This document shows positions 40,376 to 54,156 of a stretch of DNA of 64,000 nt, piece after piece; within the stretch, counting starts at the first letter, position 1, and each line of letters opens with the position of its first letter. The translations under genes were made by a program, and so were the position numbers. The DNA is from Octopus sinensis (lineage: Eukaryota): contig NC_043003.1 of NCBI RefSeq assembly GCF_006345805.1, positions 23,622,001 through 23,686,000 on the forward strand, read 5' to 3'. A model generated the notes under the pieces. The model did no database searches. It was not told where the DNA came from and saw only the letters and a list, made by a program, of their open reading frames with translations.

Positions 40376-40762
40376 GGAGGCGCAGTGGCCCAGTGGTTAG
40401 GGCGCGGACTCGCGGTCATAGGATCGCGGTTTCGATTCCCAGAGCGGGCGTTGTGAGTGTTTATTGAGCGAAAACGCCTAAAGCTCCACGAGGCTCCGGC
40501 AGGGGATGGTGGCGATCCCTGCTGTACTCTTTCACCACAACTTTCTCTCACTCTTACTTCCTGTTTCGGTTGTACCTGTATTTCAAAGGGCCGGCCTTGT
40601 CACTCTCTGTGTCACGCTGAATATCCCCGAGAACTACGTTAAGGGTACACGTGTCTGTGGAGTGCTCAGCCACTTACACGTTAATTTCACGAGCAAGCTG
40701 TTCCGTTGATCGGATCAACCGGAACCCTCGTCGTCGTGACCGACGGAGTGCTTCCATCCGTC
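40376..40762 (+). mobile_element. SINE family C, full length (387 bp), with a 13-bp TSD
   Basis: A-box TGGCCCAGTGG, B-box GGTTTCGATTCCC; ATATATCACGAGT at 40363-40375 and 40763-40775; second copy at 50623. Confidence 0.9.
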
Positions 40763-41678
40763 ATATATCACGAGTCATTGAAATATTTTGTTATATCTGG
40801 ACGTTATGCAAATTAAAACACCTTCTTTTCAGCAGATAGGAATGCCTTATTTTTATTGTGTGATTTTTTATTGTCTAAACGTCTTAGGATTCTTTAGTGT
40901 TGTGTTTCGATTTTGTAGTTTTAATTATATTAAAATCAATCCAGCTAATATGTGTGAAGTTTATAATACGGCAATTTTCTCTATGTCTTTGGATTTCGGA
41001 TATGTATCCAACACATTGTGTTTCAATTATCCCCCAAACCCTGATAATTATAAGGATCGTTGTGATGTTAAGTTCCCATATACTTTTAGATATTTCTATT
41101 TCAAGATCACATGAAACTTTTGAAATTGTATACACATAATATGATCTGTTTAGACTGATATATTCATTAGGCTATGCTTCAAAATATAACTGGGCCATGA
41201 AGATCTGTCAGTAGTGCTGGATCCATGTACCAGAATGTATGGTTTCTCTATAGTTGCTTTTTAGATATAGTTTCAGTGTATAATTGTATCACATATTTTC
41301 TGCTAACATTTTATTATAACCATCACTAAAATCCCCACATCTCCTTTATCTAAAGATAAATTCTCTTTAACCTAATAATGTGTAAACCTTGTTTGTATTG
41401 GGTTTGTAGTATTTCTTAATGTGAACTCGTATCGTATGTTAAATCAGCTTTTGTCGTATCTGGTTGGGGATGGGGTGGATCATTACATCAATAAGAATCT
41501 CAGTGACTGGCGCAATGACAACCCTCACTACATACGATTATATTCATATACACGTACACTTCCAGACAACCACCATTTATGTATGCATGTACGTATGTAT
41601 GTACATATGTATGTATATACATTTCATCATGTTGAAACGTTAACCCCTACACATTTGTCTCCGTTATTTTCACTCTCT

Positions 41679-41715
<37 letters not shown>

Positions 41716-41721
41716 TTTAAT

Positions 41722-41848
41722 CTCTCTGTAGAAGAGCGTAGTCTCGAAACGTGAAGGACTTTTCCATTCTTTCCGTGAGTGAAAATAATACACCTGCTGC
41801 GTGTTCCTTCGCCTGTCTTCGTCTTTTGTTTTCTGCATATTTGAACTG
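41722..41848 (+). mobile_element. Short (TA)n-terminated element with a degenerate variant hammerhead motif
   Basis: CTGTAGA-A-GAG-CGTAGT-CTC-GAAAC-GTGA (41726-41754), then about 95 nt to (TA)n; same layout as 3603. Confidence 0.42.
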
Positions 41849-42200
<352 letters not shown>

Positions 42201-42928
42201 TATATACATACATATACACTCACACACATAAGACGTATGTATGGATATGTGAATGTACAAAATTGGACAAATTATCCTAGAGGTGCTCAAAATACAAAGA
42301 TAATCTTTATTGGTGTTCGAAGAAGAAGTTTAGTCAATACAATAAACGAAGATTCAAGAACTATTGTGGTAGTGAAAAGCACCAAACCATGCTACAACTA
42401 TGTCAAGAATAGTCTCAAAATGGATGATGCCTGAATAATTTGTGCTTAGGAAAATAGACAAGGATAACATAATATTCTATATAAGAAGTTAGTTACCTGA
42501 AGTAGAGAATAAATTATTTAGTATTACTGCAAAGGATGAAAGCATTCCCACCACAAAACACGATACGTATATAAGGAAACAAAACAAAATTGCATGAATA
42601 AGTCCAATTGTAGAGTTTAGAAACAAATTATTAATCTTGATAAGACGTTATGGTTAAATAGAAAAACGGAGAAAAACAACAGAAAAAACCCAAAAGGTGA
42701 GGAGGTGTTACATGCAAAGTATTAATAGGACGCTCAGAGAAGGAAAGAAAGTGTAGTTGTTTTACGTTTTGAGAAAGGCTATTCTTCGGAAACAGGTGAC
42801 GCAGCTAAGTTCAAAAGAACAGGAAGGAGGAAAATACATTGCGAACAGTTCACATGTGATTACATCTTGGAATGTATGTATGTATGTATGTATGTATGTA
42901 TGTATGTATGTATGTATGTATGTATATA

Positions 42929-43001
<73 letters not shown>

Positions 43002-45337
43002 TGATATAGATGTAAATGTAGATTTCTAAATTTATACATAGCAATAGATAAATTTAACACGTTTAAAGTTAACAGGTGTTTTATTCTTATGGGAAGGGTA
43101 TCCACGATATTGCTAAATGTGGATGCCATTTTTGTGCTGGTTTATACATGTATCTATATATGTGCGTATGTATGTATATAAATATATGTATGCGTTCATA
43201 TGGTAGTGTTCGTTTTGTGTGTCGGTATATATAAGGTTATTTTCGCTAAATATGTGTAAAATGGATTCTTGCATTAGAATATAGTTATAAAATTTTTTTG
43301 AATATCTTTTTTATACTTTTCGCTTCCTGTATCGGTCAGGGTGCGAGTGTGTGTGCATATATAAATATATATATAGATATATTTGTACTGGTGTGTGTTG
43401 TATATGTACATGTGTGTGTGTATGTGTGCATAAGTACATATTTTGTATAAATTTGTATACAATCATATATGTAACACTATATATGATTAGTGCATAAATG
43501 TTTTGTATATTCGTTTTCAGCTGTTTATCAAATGAGATAAACCTCATTCAAAATGCTTGCACACACATTACAATACAGACATATACACTCATATAATACA
43601 TATAAACCACGTATGTTATTTTAAATCGAATATAATTCGATATATTTAAATGAATCACATCGTTATTATATCAAAAGTGTGCAGCGAGGTGGCAATTGTC
43701 AGCTATAAACATTACAACTCCTGAACTCAACATTTCGAGGTCTTTCACTTCATAACTATTTTCACGAAAAATTATATCAAATGTACAACAACATGCAAAA
43801 TAGCAAAATCAATCGGAATTAACTCAAGCGTGTAATATCACATAGAAGTTGTTCGTTCTCAAGCAATAATATAATGAAACCTACTAATTAAATCGTGAAA
43901 TTATAGCTTCGCAACAACATATCAAGCTTGATTTTCTAAACGATGTTATTCTTGTATTTTATTTTCCCTATTTAGTTTTCATGTTTCGTTGGCGAAAGGA
44001 GTTTGTCATTTGTATTTTTTTTCTTTTTTTTTTGTTTATTTTAACAAGTAGGATTCAGAACAAGACTGGACGTTCTGTAAAGTGGATAATAATTGATCGA
44101 TAGACCAATAAATCATTTTAATTCTTTTATTATTTTAATATTTATTATTTTATATTTTTGCATTCACACCGATTCGTGTCAGCATAAATGAAGCACGTCA
44201 GCTGATGGGATATTATATGGTTATGACTTCTATTTTGCTGATCAGGGGAACTTTGCCTGTAACATAAAAGTCAGAATGCCAGTGAAAAGAAGGTATTAGA
44301 AAACATTGGAAATTGTAGCAGAAGAACAAGAAAAAGATTTAATGATTTTCCACGAAAAATACTAATAATAAAAATAATAATAATAACCATGTAAGAAAAA
44401 GGTAATGAATAAAATATGCAAACAATAAACAGTTTGGATAGAAGAGAAAAGAGAGATTAGCAGATGCAAAATGTGAAACAGTTCGAATTCATAATAAAAT
44501 AACTCCTCATTATGGAATCAACAATAATTTGAAAAATGAGGAAATGTTCATAGGTCTTGACGTTTATTATAAAAGCAACTCTGACATTCACAAGTCGTTT
44601 ATGAAAATGAAAAAATGCGAAAAAAAAAAGATAAAAATACATAATAAATCATAAAATGAGGAATAGTAAAAATAAGAAATATTCTTAGCAGAATATACAT
44701 GCAGTGATTCGATGTATTGGCGTATCATTAACTCGAAATCAATTTTAAAAGAATCTGGCTTGACTTAGGCAAAATATTCACACAGGTACACAGTAACGCA
44801 AAGACAACAATAGTTATACACATATATAACCAAATATGCGTACACTCCCACTCATATACATATATGCTTTATATACATATGCATACAACCAAACACACAG
44901 AACACAGGTGCGAGCATACACACACACATAAAGTTAGAATGTTAATCGTAACATATGCGAGACTATATAAGCACTTTCCTCATAATCCATAAATATATGT
45001 ACATATATATATGTGTGTGTGTGAACGTGTGTCTGTGTGTGTATACATGCATACATGCATAAATACACAGACACACACATGCATATATGTATATATTTAT
45101 ATATAGAGAAAGAAAGAGAAAGACAGACAGACAGATAAACTGATAGACAGAAAGGCTACAAAGAATTGAAATACGTATATATTTTGCTATATCTTTCTAA
45201 TAACATTCTGTTTGTATTGTAGCTGACCTATGCATATAACAGAGAAAAGAATATGGGTAGGTATTTTCTAAGACTTGCTCATCAAACTATGAAACTGTCT
45301 ATCCACCCTGTCTTTCCTGTGCATCGATATACATTTA

Positions 45338-45400
<63 letters not shown>

Positions 45401-45429
45401 ATATCTATCTATCTATCTATCTATCTATC

Positions 45430-45506
<77 letters not shown>

Positions 45507-45746
45507 TATATATATATAATATATATATATATAATATATATATATATAATAAGCTTCACTATTTATACATATATATACATCAATATACATAAATACGCAT
45601 ATATATATATATGCATACATATATATATATACATCAATATACATATATACGCATACATGTATATATATATATATTTATACATATATATATATATATATTT
45701 ATATGCAAACATATATATATATAGAGAGAGTGAGGGAGAGAGAGAA

Positions 45747-45828
<82 letters not shown>
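45338..45828. repeat. Mirror-arranged compound microsatellite (TCTA)n(TC)n(TA)n..(TA)n(GA)n(GATA)n
   Basis: The left block is the reverse complement of the right block in motif order. Confidence 0.88.
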
Positions 45829-47103
45829 GATTGCACTTTAGTTTTTGAAGGGCATATTTCTTTTTGAAGGAGTTGTACTGACTAAAGTTCATTATAAATC
45901 GAGCTCTATAAAATGGCGTCTTTGACTCGGCTTTGATCACCAGCATTAACCAATACATTTCGCCTTCAGAAAACTGTAAAAGCGGCGTGATCTTTATTGT
46001 TTCTTTTTATATTTCTTTTTGCAATACATTTACCGTATAGCGCTTATTCTACAGAAAATAGTGGTATTATGAGATTAATACCCTACCTGATGCACTACAA
46101 TTGCGGTAAAATAACACAGAAGTACTAGGTGATTTTAATCGATTATCCTCTTTCCCCAATACGAAGTAGCATGTACTAATGTTTGAATTCAATGTATCAA
46201 GTTGATTTTACATGCATTCTGACTTTTACCATACAAGAAAACACCTTTCTTCAGCGATATGAGAGGATGAGGTATAGCTACATAATCTTCTATCCTTTAG
46301 TTGAATGAGTGCATAATATAGATTTTTTAAATTATTTCTAATAGCTATAAATGTACATGATTTGAATGGCTATATGTTTATAATTCCTAGTCCCTTTATT
46401 TCCTTCAGAAAATTCAATCATGTCTTTCGTTTATGCACCTTCCTTTTCAGTGATATAATCGTTGATTTGTAATTGGTATATTCAATGGGTTATTGAGTGA
46501 AAATTGTTATGTTCTGTTTGTTTTCGAGACTAGAAGCAAATTTGTTCCAATACATGAAGGAAAAGTATCTGCAATGAGCAATTTTCAATTTTGAACATTG
46601 CGGAATAGCATTCTTTCAGAATACAGCAGTCTAGTACTGCTTAGGTTTCATGAACAGGAAATGAATTCGTAAATTTGTATTTTCCACAATGAATATGTAA
46701 CTTAAAGAATTATGCAGTAGTCATACATTTTGTAGCTAATTAAGTTCCGGTAGTCAAGAACTGTTACGTTAGCGGTGTTTGAGAATATCCATAATAAATG
46801 GAATATTGGTAGATTTATCTATTTCAGTGTAGAGTGAAAAAATGAGCAATCTTATTTTCAAACATACTTTCGAACCTTCCTTGGTCCTCCTCGGAGCTGT
46901 CTACATAATTCACCAAACCCAGAAAACTAAGCAGGTAACCTATTTATATACACAACGAATCCAGCAATTAAACATACGCAGCATACATACATATATATAT
47001 ATATATATATAAAATATTATTTGAGACAAAACCACTATTTTGCAAAACAAACAAGGAAAGACTTAATCAATACATAAAATTTAATAAATAGTCAAAAAAA
47101 CCG

Positions 47104-47145
47104 CCACTACAATCGTTCTTGTCTTGATCGACAATCTTCAGGTGG
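47104..47145 (-). ncRNA. Inverted copy of the minimal hammerhead with a 1-nt deletion (GAAC)
   Basis: The minus strand reads CCAC CTGAAGA TTGTC GATCAA GACAA GAAC GATT GTA GTGG. Confidence 0.65.
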
Positions 47146-47186
47146 ACTTCAATAATTCAGTTACAAATATGTGAATTATTGGAAGT

Positions 47187-47229
47187 CCACCTGAAGATTG
47201 TCGATCAAGACAAGAAACGATTGTAGTGG
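47187..47229 (+). ncRNA. Minimal type I hammerhead ribozyme, intact core
   Basis: CCAC-CTGAAGA-TTGTC(GATCAA)GACAA-GAAAC-GATT-GTA-GTGG. All core bases are present, stem I has 4 bp, stem II 5 bp and stem III 2 bp, and the GUA triplet is at 47223-47225. Confidence 0.8.
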
Positions 47230-48092
47230 CGGTTTTTTGACTATTTATTAAATTTGATGTATGATTAAGTCTTTCCTTGTTTGTTTTGCAAAATAGTGGT
47301 TTTGTCTCAAATAATTTTATAATATTTTACTTATAAAATTGGATTTAATCCTAAATCTGATTTTTTTTCCCTGTAAATTTGATATATTCCCTAAATTTAT
47401 TATTATTATATATATATATATATCTACTTATATATATATATATAGTAAATCATGCAATTGTAACTATTTCTCTGTAAATTGAAAACGATGTATTTCGTTT
47501 TTGGATTTGGTTTGCAAGATTCTTTATATGAGTTCGTGTGTTGAACCTTATTCTGTTGTGTCTAGGGAGAGTCATTTTCTTTTTGTGCCTTATGAAAAAT
47601 ATGATTAAGCAGCTTAATGAACATTCGATCCTTAGCGGGTTCTTCTCTGGGATGTCGTCATCATTTATGTAATCTCACGAGGTTTAGAATTATTATATCA
47701 TACCTTATTAACGTGTGGATTGTGTGGACTAAGGTTCGAAATAGATGTTTTTCGTCCTTTTATTCAATATACGGAGAACTGGTTAAATTTGCTATGTTTC
47801 TATGTATAATAAGTTTGCATTTCATTAAACTTACAGTTTTATGATTACTATCTATCGTAATCCGTAAGCCCAGCTTTTGGAAGAAAACAATTAGATCCTT
47901 CCTAAACTTATCTAATTCATGACAAAATATACGCTTCTATGAGCTCACATAACTCAGCCCCGTCATTCGCCCCCATCGGTACATCGAAAAACGAATCCTC
48001 ACTCTTTCAGACCTTGGTAGAATCTTCGTAAGAAAGAGGGGATTTCCTCGCATGTCTGATAATAACTATTTCCAAGTCATTTGATTTACAGA

Positions 48093-48162
48093 AATCTCGG
48101 CGAGACAAATAGCCAACATGCGCATATGTTTGCGCATGTTGGCTATTTGTGACGCTAAGATT
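48093..48162. other. 70-nt hairpin (32-nt arms, 20 bp perfect, 6-nt loop)
   Basis: ACAAATAGCCAACATGCGCA-TATGTT-TGCGCATGTTGGCTATTTGT, extended by AATCTCGGCG/CGCTAAGATT. Confidence 0.9.
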
Positions 48163-48290
48163 GGCCAGGTGAAGTAGATGCCTATATTAAAACCCAACAA
48201 GATTCGAAAATCGATTAACGGTGTTTGTCATTTTCCGCACCTACGGACAAATATGTTTAACATGTTTGTATCCCTACGTTTGCATATACA

Positions 48291-48323
<33 letters not shown>

Positions 48324-48372
48324 ACATACACACACACATACATACATTCACATATACATATATATATGTATG

Positions 48373-48427
<55 letters not shown>

Positions 48428-48858
48428 ATACAAAAATATAAATATGTTTGTGTGTATTTATCTTTCCGTTTTTATATACATGAGATTCTTTGACCCCTTA
48501 AGCTGTAAGATCGTTGCACGATTAAATAATTATGAATTAAATAGAACTCGACTATAGGATGTAAGTAATCTTCTAGAAACGGAGAGTATTTATTTTGAGG
48601 ATGGCTTCATTTCGTCGGTGTACAGCCAGAAATAATTAGTAAGATATATTGGAAGACGTCGCAGAGAAGAGACGAAGTGAATAAGTTTTAAATAAATTAA
48701 CATTTGAGAAATGTTGTTACTTAGAATACATGCGAAAAGTATTATAATTTCGTACTGATATTCTCAAGAGAATAAAGTCAGAGATGTATAGTTGGGTAGC
48801 TGTCAATAAAGAATTGTCGTTGTCACGATACTGTTTGAAATATATATACATATACAGC

Positions 48859-48889
<31 letters not shown>

Positions 48890-48891
48890 GT

Positions 48892-48969
<78 letters not shown>

Positions 48970-49456
48970 CTATATATATATATATATATATAATATATAT
49001 ATACATATATATATATATATTATATATATATATATATATACATATATATATTATATATATACATATATATATATATTATATATATAGTGAGTGAGAGAGA
49101 GAGAAAGAGTGATAGATAGATAGACAGATAGACAGACAGACGTTTGATTAACGGGTTCTATAAACTGTCGTGGCGTGTCAAACTGAAGCACGCCACAATT
49201 ACTGGCCGGACTGAATGAAGCTCACCAGACAGTTATATAATGCATTATTATAGAACTTTGCCGTTGCTTGGTAATCCGCAATACCAATATCCAAAAGTAT
49301 CTAAATGGAAATGGAACGTTAACATGGCACAAAAATGTAATAAAAATAAAACAGTCGAATGAGTTATTTGGTGCTCGTAGAATTGTATCATTAAGAGTTG
49401 TTTTTGTTTTATTCTGGTGTAAACATGATGCAGTGATTTGTACAGAAATCACAACT

Positions 49457-50075
49457 TTAATACGATTATATCATTCGTTACACAACGCCCAACTCATCAG
49501 GTTACCTAGCAGTGACATATAGATTAATTTGTAGCTCAACGTTCTGAGTTCAAATTACGCCGAGGTTGACTTTGTCTTTCATCCTTTCGGGGATGCGTAC
49601 TGTAGCGGATCTAATCGACAGGCCCACTCCTGCAAAGTTTTCGGGATTTGTGCCAAAAGTAGAAAAGAATAGCTCATCAACAAATGAAATTTCCAGTCAG
49701 AATTATCAATATCTAAGAAGTGGAAAGTGGGTGGAACTACAAATTCTCGATCCCGATGTGAGTAGTTGAATGAGACTGCATATTAAAGAATAGTTAAAAG
49801 GCAATTATTCTAAAGATGTCATTAAACTCAGCAGCCTGTACACCGGCAGATAGGCTTGTGCACAAAGCCCGAAAATTTATGGGGAGTGGGCCTGTCGATT
49901 AGATCGACCACAGCACGCAACTTGTGCTTAATTTATCGACCCCGAAAGGATGAAAGGCAAAGTCAACCTCGACGGAATTTGAACTCAGAACGTTGAACTA
50001 TTAATTAATCTATAAACCACTGCTTGCTAGCCTGATGAGTTGGGCATTGTTTAACGAATGATATAATCGTATTAA
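49457..50075. repeat. Diverged inverted duplication (about 200-bp arms) containing truncated SINE A copies (49538-49670 +, 49860-49994 -) plus a shared non-SINE flank
   Basis: TTAATACGATTATATCATTCGTTA..CCCAACTCATCAGG..TATAGATTAATT..TCAACGTTCTGAG is present in both orientations, with the same SINE truncation point. Confidence 0.85.
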
Positions 50076-50622
50076 ATATGACTTCTGATCTTATCTAAAT
50101 TTAACCTATGACAGACGATAACGTTGTTCTAAAACAACATTTACTGTTACATTGTTTTTTGCATTAATAAGGGATATGATTAATAAATTCCAGTGTTATA
50201 TATTTATTCAATTCATCCTGATCAACGTCTTCCGATTAATTGTAGCAGTGATTGTAGAATGTCAGCTTTAATTAAGCAAGATGCCGCTAATAATAATTCA
50301 CAGGAAATGGCTTAAAGAAAACCGTAGAGAATAACGAAGTTCGCTGCGAAATTTCAAACGAGGAGTGAAAAGAAAGAGGTGATAGAGAAGGAAAAGGAAA
50401 TGAAAAGGATTAATAAACAGAGATAGTCGTAATCGTAGTATTAGCGATCATAACCTTTCCTAGCTTAGCGGAAACAGAATAGGATAAACCAATAAGTGAA
50501 CTTGGTCAAAACGTTGACCGGAAGACAGTATTGGTATAAAACAAATACATGAGTATACTAGACTAAGGAAAGTAATTTGGGAAGAGTTTCAACGTACACA
50601 CAGCTACTTTTAAATTTATGTT

Positions 50623-50790
50623 AGGCGCAATGGCCTAGTGGTTAGGGCAGCGGACTCGCGGTCGTAGGATCGCGGTTTCGATTCTCAGACCGATCGTTGT
50701 GAGTGTTTACTCAGCGAAAACTCGCAAGGCTCAGGCAGCGGATGGTAGCGATCCCTGCTATACTGTTTTGCCGTAACTTTCTCTCACTCT
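50623..50790 (+). mobile_element. SINE family C, 3'-truncated
   Basis: Aligns to the first half of 40376-40762. Confidence 0.85.
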
Positions 50791-51672
50791 GCTATAATAA
50801 TCAACTGACAGGATGCGGGCATCTGCTCCTTCATTCATCTGATCTATTAATAACACCACCCATGCATTTTCAGATTTCAAGCAATTCCAAAAAGCAGCAA
50901 TTGCAACGATAAGTTTCGCATAGCATGTCTAGCTATGCTTCACGCAAATTTTGTACGTTTGCAATGCTTTGATACATTAGCAAATAGATTTTACGTTATT
51001 TTTATACAGATTTATAACTGACTGTTGCGATTCCTTTTGGGTGTGGAGGTGTTTGTGATAATCAGCTCTATTAACAGCTCAATATCGGTATCTGTCGCTC
51101 TTTTTCATTTCTTGCTGCGATTTTGTTTCGCTTTGCTTTGAATTATGTTGTGTTATTAAACATTATGCCTCTGTAAAGGTATCTCTGTAAGACGATATAC
51201 TGTGTGGTGTGTGTGTGTGTGTGTGTGTGTGTGTACATACACTCTTATAAATGGACTGGTAATATAAGAAATGCTGACTGTAAACACAAATATGAAACAA
51301 TTCAATTCGGAAAACATCGTTCAGAAGAGGACATTGTACGCGTTTTGTATTTGCTCAGAACTTCCTCTTTCCAAGATTTAGTTAATTACTCTCTTTTACT
51401 CTCCTTTACTTATTTCAGTCATTTGACTGTGGCCATGCTGGGGCACCGCCTTTAGTCGAGCAAATCGACCCCAGGACTTATTCTATCGGTCTCTTTTGCC
51501 GAACCGCTAAGTTACTGGGACGTAAACACACCAGCATCGGTTCCCAAGCGATGTTGGTGGGACAAACACAGACACACAAACATACACACACACATACAAA
51601 CATACATACATACAAAAAAATATATATATATATGTAGATGTCCGATTGATGTACTTGGTACAGTCATGGTTG

Positions 51673-51740
<68 letters not shown>

Positions 51741-52082
51741 ATTAATAGTAATTTTTATTGACTTTTGTAGGGTTATAATTTTATGAACTGAACTGTGTGT
51801 TTTTTATTATTTTTTATGTATATATGTCTGATTTAAATTTAAATGTGAGTGTGCATATATTTTCCTTGAGGTTAGTTATGGAACTAGGAGTCCAATATGT
51901 AGAATAACTGTGTTTGTTAATGTATATTGGTATATTTTGTTTATTTTGTATTATTGTATTAATGAGTATATATATATATATATATATGTGTAGTATTATG
52001 AGTGTCTATGCACACATTTTTATATTTTATATTTTTATATTTATATGTAAAAAAAATTTTTCACACTTATATTAAATTAAAT

Positions 52083-52193
52083 TCTCTGAAGAGGCCGTGA
52101 GACATCCTTGTTAATGTTTCATTTATACCTGCCTTATATGGCTTATAGGTTAAATGAGGCATACTTATCCTCACGGCCGAAACAGCTGTCAGA
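52083..52193 (+). ncRNA. Type I hammerhead ribozyme, intact core, long stem II
   Basis: TCT-CTGAAGA-GGCCGTGAG..CTCACGGCC (9 perfect bp)-GAAAC-AGCT (palindrome)-GTC-AGA. The GUC triplet is at 52188-52190, and (TA)n lies about 185 nt downstream. Confidence 0.82.
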
Positions 52194-52391
52194 TATGATA
52201 TAATTATATATTATATTTTATATTTTATATTTCTATTTCCTTGTCTAATTATATTTACAATATATTTTGTATAATGCCTTTGCTGTTATGTAATGGTGTA
52301 ATAAAGTATTGATTGGGTATTATCTGATGGTTGATGTTTGATTGATTTAAGTATGTTTCTCCATTTTCTAATTTTGTATATATATATATAT

Positions 52392-52430
<39 letters not shown>

Positions 52431-52442
52431 TATATATATATA

Positions 52443-52561
52443 GTGACGTATATTTGCCATTTAATATGGCTAATAGCTAGCTGGAGGAGGTGTACTCCTG
52501 GGGCTACAAACTACATCCACCCTTAGGAGTTAGCCATATTTAAATGGCAAATATACGTCAC
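52443..52561. repeat. 119-bp fold-back with 31/32-bp inverted ends, within (TA)n
   Basis: GTGACGTATATTTGCCATTTAATATGGCTAA versus TTAGCCATATTTAAATGGCAAATATACGTCAC. Confidence 0.88.
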
Positions 52562-52586
52562 GATGTGTTGCAGCTACTGTTTTACA

Positions 52587-52678
<92 letters not shown>

Positions 52679-53994
52679 TACACATATATATATATATATA
52701 CATATATACATATATACGACGGGTCTCTTTCAGTTTCCGTGCGCCAAATCCACTCACAAGCCTTTGGTCAACCCGCGGCTATAGTAGAAGACACTTGCCC
52801 ATGGTGCCACGCAGCGGGACTGAACCCGGAACCATGTGGTTCGTAAGCAAGCTACTTACCACACAGCTACTCCTACGCCTATATTAGTTAAATAGTTAAT
52901 TTTATTTGAAAGCAACCTGTAAAAAGAACACGCATCAAAGTACAAAATGAAAGGCAATTTTTTTAAAACTAATATTGCAGCGATTTCATATATATCCTGT
53001 GTTATAGGTGCTTGTAGATACTTTTTGTTTTGCTTTTATTTTGTCTTACATTGGCCATGATCTTTGGGCTAGAACACAGAGAAGAATTTTCATTTGCGTT
53101 CAAAAACGAAACTGCATCTCTATAATTTTAATATCAAATCTCAGACAATCAAGAATTTCCATTTATATTTTTTTTTATTAGTGCCGTCATTGTCGTATTT
53201 TTTGTTGCTTCAACTGGTTGCATTATTCTTCCATACTTATTTTCTTTCCATCCATATTTTATTCAGTCTCTTCGTCTTCGTATTTTTCCAGATGCAATAT
53301 TTTATTTTTTCTAGCTAGATATTTTTAAAAACTGCCTGCATACACATAAATGAATTTTTTTTGCTTTGCCTCAAGCGAGCATGTTTCAAGGTTAAAGGAA
53401 AATTCAATATATCTCCAGAATAAGGAATATTTCTTCTCTTTCCTTAAATAATTTCACTCCTTATTTTTATATCCATCTATTATTATAAAGTTAGAATCAA
53501 TATTTGGAATGTATAAATTTCGAGGACGATTTTCTCGTTGTTTTCACAATTATCATATCCCAACTACCAAGCTGCACATAAAAATAGCAAGAAATACATA
53601 TTTCATATTTTGAAGAAACATTTCTTCATTTCTTGATCATTGTTGTTTTGGAATATTTTTCGCATATTTATATCAAATCGCATTAAAATATATTTTAATT
53701 TCTTAGTATACAAAATATTCAAAGCAGTCATGGAAAAAACTTCGGTGAAAATGTCAATTATTAACATAGGTGAATTTGATTATCATAACGTGGGTGATCG
53801 CCATGCTTAAATGATAGGAGAAAATGCAAGCTTCACACAACTTATAATAGAACCTGTGGAAAACGCCGTCAGGAGAGCAATACTGTAATTCAAGCGAATT
53901 GTCTCATGCAGTAGATTTATATGAGTTTAATACGTGTGCAGTGTGTGGGTCAATGGCTAAAATACTATGGCCTAAAATACAAGCATCCTTCAAT

Positions 53995-54054
<60 letters not shown>

Positions 54055-54103
54055 ATATATATATGTATGTATGTATATATGTATGTATGTATGTATGTAT
54101 ATT

Positions 54104-54150
54104 CTAGCAGAGATGCTCGGCCTTGCTCGGGATAAATATGGCGTAGATTT
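54104..54150 (-). mobile_element. Helitron-like 3' end fragment
   Basis: The minus strand reads CCCGAGCAAGGCCGAGCATCTCTGCTAG, a weak hairpin plus CTAG, similar to 59596-59623. Confidence 0.5.
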
Positions 54151-54156
54151 TCCTTG

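Larger units (their letters stand above)
47009..47320. repeat. Long near-perfect inverted repeat (about 150-bp arms, 12-nt spacer at 47160-47171)
   Basis: ATTATTTGAGACAAAACCACTATTTTGCAAAAC.. is mirrored by ..GTTTTGCAAAATAGTGGTTTTGTCTCAAATAAT, with only a few indels. The right arm continues about 85 nt to (TA)n. Confidence 0.95.
51386..52880 (-). mobile_element. SINE family B split in its internal microsatellite by about 1.1 kb of nested sequence
   Basis: The 5' half (52715-52880) and 3' half (51386-51600) are collinear on the minus strand, and the junctions are (TA)n. Confidence 0.78.

Noticed and set aside
40376-40450. tRNA gene-like sequences (also the heads of SINE A and B)
   Set aside because: A/B boxes are present but continue into SINE bodies with TSDs, and I could not build a complete cloverleaf with acceptor stem and terminator.
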